A model generated the notes under the pieces. It was not told where the DNA came from, made no database searches, and was given only the letters and a program-made list of their open reading frames with translations. From an uncultured Gammaproteobacteria bacterium (GTDB taxonomy: Bacteria > Patescibacteriota > Microgenomatia > Levybacterales > UBA12049), in assembly GCA_964408485.1 (NCBI GenBank), contig CAYOZJ010000001.1, forward strand, positions 28,366 to 92,365: a stretch of 64,000 nucleotides of DNA, given 5' to 3'. Of the stretch, positions 7,974 to 16,189 are shown piece by piece. A program made the position numbers and the translations under genes. Position 1 is the first letter of the stretch; each line of letters starts with the position of its first letter.

Positions 7974-9929
7974 ATGGATATAAAAATACTTGATTCACAC
8001 TTACGAGAATATTTGCATACAGATGCCAAACCTATGGAGATTGCAAAAGCAGTATCCTTGACAAGTGCATCTATTGAACGTGTTGAACAATACGGAAAAG
8101 ATTTTGTGTATTCTGTAGAAATAACAACCAACAGACCGGATATGGTTAGTGTTTACGGCCTAGCAAGAGAAGCAGCTGCTGTTTTACCGTCCTTTGGATT
8201 TAGCGCAAAATTAGTACCTCTCAAACTTCCTGAAGTAAAAGTTGAAACAGATAAAAAAGAAAGTATAAAAGTTGTCAATGACGACACACTAGTAAGACGG
8301 GTTATGGGAGTTATTATAGAAGTTACAAAAGGAGAGTCGCCACAATATATGAAAGACCGACTTGATGCTGCAGGAATAAGAAGTCTTAATAATATTATTG
8401 ATGTCACTAATTATGTAATGCTTGAAATTGGTCATCCAACTCATGCATTTGATTACGATAGACTAACAACTAAGCAACTTATCATTAGACCTTCCAAAAA
8501 AGGAGAAAAGGTTATTACGCTTGATAAGAAAGAACACATACTACAGGGAGGCGATATTGTGGCAGATGATGGAACAGGTGAGATAGTTGACCTTCTCGGC
8601 GTAATGGGAACAGCAAATAGTGTCGTGACAGATAGCACGAAGCGAGTATTTTTCTTTCTCGACAATAATGATCCGTGGAAAATCAGAAAAACATCTATGG
8701 GCCTAGCTATTCGGACCGAGGCAGCAGCGCTCAACGAGAAGGGAGTCGACCCACAACTTGCTGAAGTAGCACTCAAAAGAGGAGTAGAGTTGTATAGACA
8801 GATGGGTGGAAAAGTTGTTAGTGACGTCATTGACATCTATCCGGGGAAAGTAAAACAGACAACAGTACGTGTTACTGTTGAGGAGATTTCCAAAATCATT
8901 GGTGTTGACGTAAAGGGGCGTCAAGCAGTCAAAATCCTGACAGATTTAGGTTTTGAAGTCTCTGAAAATTCTAGCAGTCTTACAGTTAAAGTGCCAAGTT
9001 GGCGGGAAGGGGACGTTGCAATTCCAGAAGATGTTATCGAAGAAGTCGCAAGATTGTATGGGTATCATAATATTCCGGTAAGACTTCCACCCTTCACTAT
9101 TCATAGTTTTTATCATCAAGGACAGAGTCAATTTTTCTGGGAACAGAAAGTAAAAGACGCATTAAAGTATTGGGGACTAACAGAAGTGTACACATACTCT
9201 ATGGTAAGTGAAACGCTTTTTGAAGGACCTCTAGAAGAAGCAGTAACGCTAGCAAATGCATTGGATAGCGAGCATGTCCATATGCGAGCAACACTAACAC
9301 CCAGCTTACTTCAAGTAGTTGCAGAGAATAAAGCACGTGAGAATGTGGCCATTTTTGAAATTGCCAATGTCTACAAGAAAAATAAGAAAGAAAAACTTCC
9401 CGATGAATTGCGAAGTCTCAGCTTTGTCCTAAAAGGAGAAAAGGGAACTTTTGCTAACGCAAAGGGGATTGTAGAGCAACTATTACATGAGCTGGGCATT
9501 CATAATGCTATTTATAGAGACTCCGAACTTGGTGGCATTGGAGCGAGTGTGTATATTGGAAAAGAGTCTATTGGCACAATTGAGGTTATGGAAAGCAGAT
9601 TGGTAACAGCAGAACTTAATTTTGAAAAGCTACTTATGCATGTAACCTTAAAAAAAGTCTATAAGCCACTCAGCAAATATCCTGCAATTACGGAAGACGT
9701 GTCATTCCTACTGCCTGAAGAAGTAAAAACAGGAGATGTTATAGAAGATATTCGTTTAACTGATAAGTTAATTGTAAACATTGAACTTCTTGATGTGTTT
9801 GAGAATAGCCGAACATTCCATGTTGTGTATCAAGATCCAGAAAGAAATCTAACAACAGAAGATGTGAGTGGTATTCATAAGAAAATTATTTCCTCTGTTG
9901 AGAAAAAGTTTAAAGGAAAGGCAAAATAG
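7974..9929 (+). CDS. pheT: phenylalanyl-tRNA synthetase beta subunit (short form)
   Basis: B3/B4 and B5 domains plus the C-terminal catalytic-like and FDX-ACB regions are recognisable. At 651 aa it lacks the N-terminal tRNA-binding domain. Confidence 0.9.
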   Translation: MDIKILDSHLREYLHTDAKPMEIAKAVSLTSASIERVEQYGKDFVYSVEITTNRPDMVSVYGLAREAAAVLPSFGFSAKLVPLKLPEVKVETDKKESIKVVNDDTLVRRVMGVIIEVTKGESPQYMKDRLDAAGIRSLNNIIDVTNYVMLEIGHPTHAFDYDRLTTKQLIIRPSKKGEKVITLDKKEHILQGGDIVADDGTGEIVDLLGVMGTANSVVTDSTKRVFFFLDNNDPWKIRKTSMGLAIRTEAAALNEKGVDPQLAEVALKRGVELYRQMGGKVVSDVIDIYPGKVKQTTVRVTVEEISKIIGVDVKGRQAVKILTDLGFEVSENSSSLTVKVPSWREGDVAIPEDVIEEVARLYGYHNIPVRLPPFTIHSFYHQGQSQFFWEQKVKDALKYWGLTEVYTYSMVSETLFEGPLEEAVTLANALDSEHVHMRATLTPSLLQVVAENKARENVAIFEIANVYKKNKKEKLPDELRSLSFVLKGEKGTFANAKGIVEQLLHELGIHNAIYRDSELGGIGASVYIGKESIGTIEVMESRLVTAELNFEKLLMHVTLKKVYKPLSKYPAITEDVSFLLPEEVKTGDVIEDIRLTDKLIVNIELLDVFENSRTFHVVYQDPERNLTTEDVSGIHKKIISSVEKKFKGKAK

Positions 9930-9930
9930 T

Positions 9931-10209
9931 ATGGTGCATGGAAAAAAAGGCGGAGAATCTTTAGAAGGATTATCGAGAGAACAAAACAAACCCAGAAGAG
10001 TAAGAAGAGTTTCTGTAACAGTAACAGCAGAAGCTGCAGAAAGAATATCAGGACTTCTTGGAACAGAACTTTTTAGAAGAGCTATGAAATGGCATGAAGA
10101 GCCAAATGCTGACCCAGAATTTGAAACTTTCGGAGCAATGACAAGACTTGGCAGCTCTTTAGGAAAAACAGCGCGAAGGATGAGAGAGGAAGAGCTTCAA
10201 GAAGAGTAG
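9931..10209 (+). CDS. small hypothetical basic protein
   Basis: ATG at 9931 just after the pheT stop. The ORF-track start at 9868 overlaps pheT and was not used. Confidence 0.35.
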   Translation: MVHGKKGGESLEGLSREQNKPRRVRRVSVTVTAEAAERISGLLGTELFRRAMKWHEEPNADPEFETFGAMTRLGSSLGKTARRMREEELQEE

Positions 10210-10215
10210 TAACAA

Positions 10216-10246
10216 GATTGCCACGTAGCGAGCTCCTCGCAATGAC
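10216..10246. repeat. hairpin repeat unit GATTGCCACG-TAGCGAGCTCCT-CGCAATGAC (family A/B)
   Basis: GATT...AATGAC flanks around an imperfect inverted repeat, in the spacer between the small ORF and the PBP 3' end. Confidence 0.6.
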
Positions 10247-10280
10247 ACATGATTCTTAATTCATACTTCTTGATTCTACG

Positions 10281-12566
10281 TTACGGTGTAGGCGTTGGGG
10301 TCGTTGGTTGGGTTGGCTGAATGTTAAGTGACTTCAATAAATCATCTGGTGGGTACCACTGATAATCTGCTGCTGAATGATTATCCTTAATCCATTGGTC
10401 TATTCCTGCTTGCCACCTATTTTGTCCATCTGTTGAGACTGGATCGTCTTCTCGGACTATATAGTAGATCTTTCCATCCTTACTTTGATACACAGGACTT
10501 GCTGATGTTGGCTCGGTTCCCTTGATGAAATATTCAGAACGTGTTGGCTGATTATTATAAGGAAGTCCACCAAAAAGCGTATCTACATTTACTGCTACAA
10601 TATTATCCGGCTTTTGCGGTTCTTCATTGGGCTTGCCCTTAAGCACATAGCTCATAATCTTATTCCAAATAGGGGACGCACCTGTTATACCTGATGCAAT
10701 TGCCTGATTCATTGCCGTATTGTCATTATTACCAACCCATACGCCGACAACATAAGACGGCGTGTACCCAACAGTCCAGTTGTCCTTTTTACTATCTGTC
10801 GTACCTGTTTTGACACTCACTGTCTTACCTGACACAACAAGCCAAGAATTTGTTCCGAATTCCAGAGAGCGGGCATTATTATCTAGTAATATATGAGAAA
10901 TTAGATACGTTACTTCTTTCGGCATTACTTGCACACCCGGCTTATCGTGATTTTCAAAAAGCACATTCCCATGACTATCAGTCACCTTAAGTATCGAGAC
11001 CGGGTCATGTCTCTGCCCTTGATCTGCAAATACGCTGTATGCTGTCATTTCATCAAGAAGTGTTGTTTCACGTCCTCCCAGGACAAGAGAGAGTCCTACA
11101 TCTTTCATATTTTCAGCCGTTGGCTCCCAATTCGTAATACCCATGTTGTAGCCTGTTGTCATCGTATCTTTAATACCTACTTTTGCAAGCATCTTTACTG
11201 CTGGAATATTCATAGAATTGCCCAAGGCAAAGCGAAGCTGAATGGGTCCATGATATTTTCCATCATAGTTAACTGGGGTATAGGTCGGATTCGCTGCCTC
11301 TCCTGTTGGAAAATCTGTCTTTACATCCATTATTTCTGTTGCCGGTGTATAACCTTTTTCAAAAGCTGTTGCATACATAATAGGCTTTAGAGACGATCCC
11401 GGCTGTCTATTAGCTAGAGCATCGTTATAATTCCCATCAATTGTTGTATCAAAATAATCTGTATTACCAACCATTGCTAAAATCTGGCCATTTTTTGGAT
11501 CCATTACCATTGCTGCGCCATTTGCAACATGATACCCCTTTAGATTTGCAATTTCTGTCTTCACGATATCTTCTGCATGTTTTTCGTAATCGTAATCGAG
11601 CGTTGTTGTTACTTGCAGTCCACCATTTTCTACAGCTGCTTCCCCAAATTGCTGTGCGAGAAGTTGTTTGACATACATTACCCAGTGGGGCGCTTTAATA
11701 GACCGATCGGTATCGGAGAATTTCATTGCTTGCACTTCTTTGTAGGCACTGTCATCCTCTTTTTGGGAAATATATCCTTCTTGCTGCATTGCATCGAGTA
11801 CTGCCTTTGTTCTGGCTAAATAGTATTTATTACCAGTAAATGGTGAGTACACACTTGGCGCCTGAGGAAGTCCTGCTAAAAATGCAGACTGCGCTAAATC
11901 CAGATCTTTCACATCTTTTCCAAAGTAAGCTTGCGCTGCAGATTCTACACCAATATTTGCTCCCCCATATGGTACGTCGTTAAGATACATTTCCAAAATT
12001 TGATCTTTGGAATATCTTTTATCCACTTGGATTGCCAAGATAAGCTCTTTGAGTTTTCGGACAAAGGTTTGTTGTGTGTCCTGAAGAAGGACATTTTTGA
12101 CTAATTGTTGAGTAAGTGTAGACCCTCCTCCTTCAATTCTTCGATAAACAATAAGATAAACTGCCGAGCGAAGATATCCTGTTACAGAAAATCCTGAATT
12201 AGTATAAAAATTTCTATCCTCGATGGAGATTGTTGCGCGTTGGACATTTTTTGGAATATCTTTTAATTGGACATAGGCTCTATTTTGATCTTTATACACA
12301 GAGTAGAGAAGTACGCCCTTTCTGTCAAAAATACGTGTAGACTCTGCAAGACTACTATTAATGAGTTTTCCCGGAGCGGGAAGATCGCGTCCATACCAAA
12401 TAAAGAGGAAAACAAAAATAACAACACCGATAATAAGCGCAAAAAGTGTAAGTCTGGCAAGACGACTATAGAGCACCATTCGAGACGATCCATTCACTGG
12501 GGGAAAGAGAAATCGCCAAAAACTAACAAGCAAACTCTGACGGCGACGCCTAGAGCGGAATTCCAT
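10281..12566 (-). CDS. class A penicillin-binding protein (transglycosylase/transpeptidase)
   Basis: GT51 motif GGSTLTQQLVKN, transpeptidase SxxK and KTG(T) motifs, N-terminal TM segment, Pro/Thr-rich C-terminus. Start placed at MEFRSRRRR; the ORF-track start at 12641 is also possible. Confidence 0.9.
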   Translation of the reverse strand: MEFRSRRRRQSLLVSFWRFLFPPVNGSSRMVLYSRLARLTLFALIIGVVIFVFLFIWYGRDLPAPGKLINSSLAESTRIFDRKGVLLYSVYKDQNRAYVQLKDIPKNVQRATISIEDRNFYTNSGFSVTGYLRSAVYLIVYRRIEGGGSTLTQQLVKNVLLQDTQQTFVRKLKELILAIQVDKRYSKDQILEMYLNDVPYGGANIGVESAAQAYFGKDVKDLDLAQSAFLAGLPQAPSVYSPFTGNKYYLARTKAVLDAMQQEGYISQKEDDSAYKEVQAMKFSDTDRSIKAPHWVMYVKQLLAQQFGEAAVENGGLQVTTTLDYDYEKHAEDIVKTEIANLKGYHVANGAAMVMDPKNGQILAMVGNTDYFDTTIDGNYNDALANRQPGSSLKPIMYATAFEKGYTPATEIMDVKTDFPTGEAANPTYTPVNYDGKYHGPIQLRFALGNSMNIPAVKMLAKVGIKDTMTTGYNMGITNWEPTAENMKDVGLSLVLGGRETTLLDEMTAYSVFADQGQRHDPVSILKVTDSHGNVLFENHDKPGVQVMPKEVTYLISHILLDNNARSLEFGTNSWLVVSGKTVSVKTGTTDSKKDNWTVGYTPSYVVGVWVGNNDNTAMNQAIASGITGASPIWNKIMSYVLKGKPNEEPQKPDNIVAVNVDTLFGGLPYNNQPTRSEYFIKGTEPTSASPVYQSKDGKIYYIVREDDPVSTDGQNRWQAGIDQWIKDNHSAADYQWYPPDDLLKSLNIQPTQPTTPTPTP

Positions 12567-12689
12567 ATAGCCTATTATGGCAAAGTTTTGGAGCAAAAAC
12601 AACTCAACTTGCAAAACCAGATAAATTATTATAAGATACACCTTATGACTGGCTTTGACTTAGATTATCGATGTGAACACCCTGATCCA

Positions 12690-13085
12690 CGATATAATGG
12701 CTTGCGTTGTTGGGCAGCAAGATGTAGAGCTGCGGGGGCGGGTAATGCCGCGGGAGATGAAGCTGCAAGTCGCCCAGGTAAACCATTACCTGCAGAACAA
12801 ATCGCTCGAGAAACTCAACGTAATGAAGCCCCAAGATTGTGTGGTAGAGTAGGTAGCAAAGGTAGACGTCAAACTTCATAATCTATGGCTGAATGTTCAA
12901 AATTTGAAGGACTACAATGTTTTCGAAAATGCAAAGCAGGCAAGGCTGGTCGAAGCATAGAAGTAAGACAAGGAAGACTGGGAGATCCAGGAGAAGTTCA
13001 GGAAAGATATGGGAAATCCGCTCAACAAGAATCTGCAAATAGAGATGGGTGTCTTAGGCAGGAGCGAAGTAGACCAAAAATATAA
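12690..13085 (+). ncRNA. rnpB: candidate RNase P RNA (GC-rich ORF-free island)
   Basis: GC content is far above the surrounding DNA and no convincing ORF is present. TGGGCAG...GGGTAATGCCGCGGG resembles the CR-II region AGGGCAGG..GGTAACGCCTGGG. GGTAAACC...CTCGAGAAACTCAACG resembles GGUAAACCCCUCGAGCGAGAAACCCAAAU of CR-III/IV. The 5' P4 strand (GGAAAGUCC) was not confidently located, so the boundaries are uncertain. Confidence 0.4.
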
Positions 13086-13088
13086 TTC

Positions 13089-13251
13089 TTGACATACATA
13101 TTCTTTTTTGCTAAACTAATCCTATAACTATGAAGAGTAATTCAGCACAAAACAGTTATTACTACAGTTTCTCTGACGGGGGAGACTGTACTTGTCGTGC
13201 ATAATTAGCAAATTTCAACAAATACACAATCTCCCACCAGGGAGATTTTTT
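13089..13251 (+). ncRNA. candidate small RNA: promoter TTGACA-N17-TAAACT plus ~125-nt transcript ending in family-F terminator (copy 4)
   Basis: -35 at 13089-13094 and -10 at 13112-13117, the same TAAACT -10 as the 2560 copy. Contains ACTACAG...CTGTAC pairing, GGGGGAG...CTCCC ACCAG GGAGA, and T6 at 13229-13251. Confidence 0.4.
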
Positions 13252-13299
13252 GTGTTCTATAGACATTTTTAAAGATAGCACACAATCCATCCGAAGCCT

Positions 13300-14475
13300 T
13301 TGGCGAAGGAGGATATGGAAAATATGAAAATAATAATAAATAACCAAGCACAAAAGTGGCTTGCTCAAAAGGAAAAGACATACACAAAGCCTTTCAAGAC
13401 AGAAGGAGTAATTTCCATGCACCTGGGAGAATGCTCTTTCCCAATCAAAACTCTGGAGAAAATTTTTCTCAGAACAAATTTTTCTGTAGCGCAGAAATAC
13501 CCAAAACAAACTACAGAAATAAAGAAAAAGCTCGCCAAAACATTTTCTATTACAGAAAACATGCTTGTGATGGGAAATGGGTCAGATGAGATTATTGAAA
13601 ATATTCCTCGGGTATTTTTAAACCCAGGAGATACTGTTCTTGTTGTAGTTCCAACGTTTTTCCGATTTCTTGATGCATCGGAAAAAGCAGGAGCAAAGAT
13701 ACACATAATCAAAACAAAGAAATCTGACAACTTTAGCATTACAGATGACATTACAAAAAAGATTATTCAAACAACGAAAGAGAAAAATATAAAACTTATC
13801 TGGCTTTGTAGCCCCAATAATCCAACAGGAATTCCTATTCCAAAGCAACATATAGAAAAGATTGCCAAGAAAACCAAATCTCTTATTGTATTGGATCAGG
13901 TATATGCAGAATTACAGGAAAATTCTTTTCTTAAACCTAAAGAAATTATTAAGAAGTTTCCGAATATTATCATTCTAAAAAGTTTTTCAAAAGTTTTCGG
14001 CCTTGCGGGACTTCGCGTGGGCTTTGCAATTGCAAATAAAAACATTGCTCAAAAACTTGAGAAATGGAATATGCCTTTTCATATTTCTTCATTGTCTCTT
14101 GAAATCGTAAAGAATGTTTTATCTCAAAAAAATGATATTACCTTAGAGGTAAGAAAAGTTGTAGAAAAAGAAAGAAATTTTTTAATTCACAAATTGAGAA
14201 AACAAAAAAATATAGAAGTTATTGAAGGATCACAGACAAATCTTATTCTTCTTCGTCATAAGACGAAAAATATATTTCAAGAACTTTTTAAAAGAAATAT
14301 TCTTGTTGCTGATTTTAATAATGCAAAAGGTATTGAAGGTATGGGTTTTGCAAGAGTAAGTCTTGGAACAAGAAATCAAAGCGCACTTCTTGTTAAAGCA
14401 TTAAACGATATTGATTCAACCTCTTTCTCTGACTCTGAAAGGAATCTTTCAGAGAATCAATATGAAAGGAGGTGA
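13300..14475 (+). CDS. class I/II PLP-dependent aminotransferase (HisC-like)
   Basis: SFSKVFGLAGLRVGFAIAN lysine motif and NPTG motif typical of the HisC/CobD family. Start may lie at a nearby downstream Met. Confidence 0.8.
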   Translation: MAKEDMENMKIIINNQAQKWLAQKEKTYTKPFKTEGVISMHLGECSFPIKTLEKIFLRTNFSVAQKYPKQTTEIKKKLAKTFSITENMLVMGNGSDEIIENIPRVFLNPGDTVLVVVPTFFRFLDASEKAGAKIHIIKTKKSDNFSITDDITKKIIQTTKEKNIKLIWLCSPNNPTGIPIPKQHIEKIAKKTKSLIVLDQVYAELQENSFLKPKEIIKKFPNIIILKSFSKVFGLAGLRVGFAIANKNIAQKLEKWNMPFHISSLSLEIVKNVLSQKNDITLEVRKVVEKERNFLIHKLRKQKNIEVIEGSQTNLILLRHKTKNIFQELFKRNILVADFNNAKGIEGMGFARVSLGTRNQSALLVKALNDIDSTSFSDSERNLSENQYERR

Positions 14476-14480
14476 GAAAT

Positions 14481-14699
14481 ATGACAGAAAGAAAAGCAAA
14501 AGTTTTTCGAACCGTACCTGAAGGAACACCTATTTCTTCAAGGTCTGTAGGCAAATTGAGAAGCCGATTTGCTGTTGTAGATAACATAAAGGCAGATCCT
14601 ACAGAAATAAGTGAGGATGAATGGGCAGCAGCAGGTTCTATAACTCGGCATCAAAGACATGAACGAGGAAAAACTCACCGGGCAAGGGGAGAAGCTTAA
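14481..14699 (+). CDS. small hypothetical protein (72 aa)
   Basis: AAGGAGGTGAGAAAT ATG, the same RBS context as ORFs 915 and 2782. Confidence 0.4.
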   Translation: MTERKAKVFRTVPEGTPISSRSVGKLRSRFAVVDNIKADPTEISEDEWAAAGSITRHQRHERGKTHRARGEA

Positions 14700-14769
14700 A
14701 GCTCTCTTACGGTAAGTGATTAGTCCGCGGCTAGTCACTTAAAAAATTTCATGCTATACTTTTGACGAT

Positions 14770-15990
14770 ATGGATAAAATAGAAGAACTATTAACAAGAG
14801 GAGTCGATACGGTATATCCAACAACAGACGCTTTGGAAAAAGCTTTGCGTGGTGGAAAAAAATTAACACTCTATCAGGGTTTTGATCCAACCGGCATCCA
14901 AATGCATATCGGTCATATGGTTGGATTTAGAAAGCTTGCGCAGTTTCAAAAGTTAGGACATCACGTAATCTTCCTTATTGGTGACGGAACAGGTCTTGCT
15001 GGAGATCCATCAGGTAAGACACGAGCTCGGGAGAAGTTTTTAAGCAGAGACGAACTTCGAGCAAATGCTTTGGATTATGTTAAGCAAGCAAGTAAATTAG
15101 TTAATTTTGAAGGAGAAAATGCCGTTGAAATTAAATACAACGGTGATTGGCTCACAAAACTAACACTCCAAGACATCCTGGAAATTGCAGGTAACTTTAC
15201 CTTGCAGCAATTAGAAGAGCGTGATTTATTCGAAAAGCGCAAACAAAGTGGTGAGCCAATCAACATGCGGGAATTCATGTATCCACTCCTTCAAGGATAT
15301 GATTCAGTTGCAATGAATGTTGATCTTGAACTAGGTGGATCAGATCAAATGTTTAACATGCTTGCTGGAAGAACTCTTGTTCAAAATATGTTGCGCAAAG
15401 AAAAATTTGTTATGACCACACCCCTTCTTACTGATAGTGAGGGAAGAAAAATTGGCAAGACAGAAGGTAATGTGATTGCACTTAATGATACTCCGGAGAA
15501 GATATTTGGAGACATAATGAATTTACCAGATGAAATAGTTATTAAAGGCTTAGAATACTTAACCGACATTCCAATGCAAGAGATTCACTCAATTGATGAA
15601 AGGATAAATAACGGAGCTAATCCTCAAGAGTTCAAAATGCTACTTGCAACAGAGGTCATAAAACAGCTTACAAGCGAAAAGGATGCTCAAAGGGCAAAAG
15701 TGACATTTGAAAACTCAATTAGACCTACAGCAGATATTTTTCAAATTTCCTTCCCAACTACGCTTGTTTCGGGCGCAACAATCATTGATGGACTAACAGA
15801 ACTACAGCTAGCTACAAGTAGATCAGAGGCTAAGAATTTAGTTAATGCTGGCGGAACAGCGATAATTACAAATGAATCAGGTCAAGTAAAAACTTCCACT
15901 ATTAAAAATCCTTCTGATCTTCTTCCAACAGGAGAATATTTTATTCGCGTTGGCAAGAAACCAATCGTGAAAGTGAAAAAGGAAGAATAA
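14770..15990 (+). CDS. tyrS: tyrosyl-tRNA synthetase
   Basis: HIGH motif (MHIGHMVGF), KMSKS-like KIGKTEG, and a C-terminal S4-like domain. TGCTATACT extended -10 lies 9 nt upstream of the ATG. Confidence 0.95.
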   Translation: MDKIEELLTRGVDTVYPTTDALEKALRGGKKLTLYQGFDPTGIQMHIGHMVGFRKLAQFQKLGHHVIFLIGDGTGLAGDPSGKTRAREKFLSRDELRANALDYVKQASKLVNFEGENAVEIKYNGDWLTKLTLQDILEIAGNFTLQQLEERDLFEKRKQSGEPINMREFMYPLLQGYDSVAMNVDLELGGSDQMFNMLAGRTLVQNMLRKEKFVMTTPLLTDSEGRKIGKTEGNVIALNDTPEKIFGDIMNLPDEIVIKGLEYLTDIPMQEIHSIDERINNGANPQEFKMLLATEVIKQLTSEKDAQRAKVTFENSIRPTADIFQISFPTTLVSGATIIDGLTELQLATSRSEAKNLVNAGGTAIITNESGQVKTSTIKNPSDLLPTGEYFIRVGKKPIVKVKKEE

Positions 15991-16107
15991 GCTTATGGAA
16001 TTTTTTAGAAAGCACCAGTGGGTTTTACGAACACTTATTATTATTGGTAGCTTAGCGCTTATTCTTGGCGCAATTGCCCCATATCTTCTTCTTGGACAAC
16101 AATAATC

Positions 16108-16167
16108 GTCATCCTCGACCTGATCGGGGATCCAGGAAATAGATTGCCGCGCTTCGCTCGCAATGAC
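16108..16167. repeat. composite hairpin repeat (GTCATCCTCGACC..GGGGATC plus GATTGCCGCGCTTCGCTCGCAATGAC)
   Basis: Same two-unit architecture as 6394-6450, immediately upstream of the recG promoter. Confidence 0.7.
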
Positions 16168-16189
16168 AGACGTTGTATAATCACATCAC

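Noticed and set aside
10929-11819. Cys/His-rich plus-strand ORFs inside the PBP gene (10929..11390, 11441..11671, 11577..11819)
   Set aside because: They are antisense to a well-supported class A PBP and are composition artefacts of the opposite strand.
12267-13085. ORF-track CDSs on both strands in the GC-rich island (12267..12881+, 12643..12879-, 12885..13085+)
   Set aside because: The translations are low-complexity and Arg/Cys/Gly-rich with no RBS, and they overlap the PBP start. The region is better explained as a structured RNA, the RNase P candidate.
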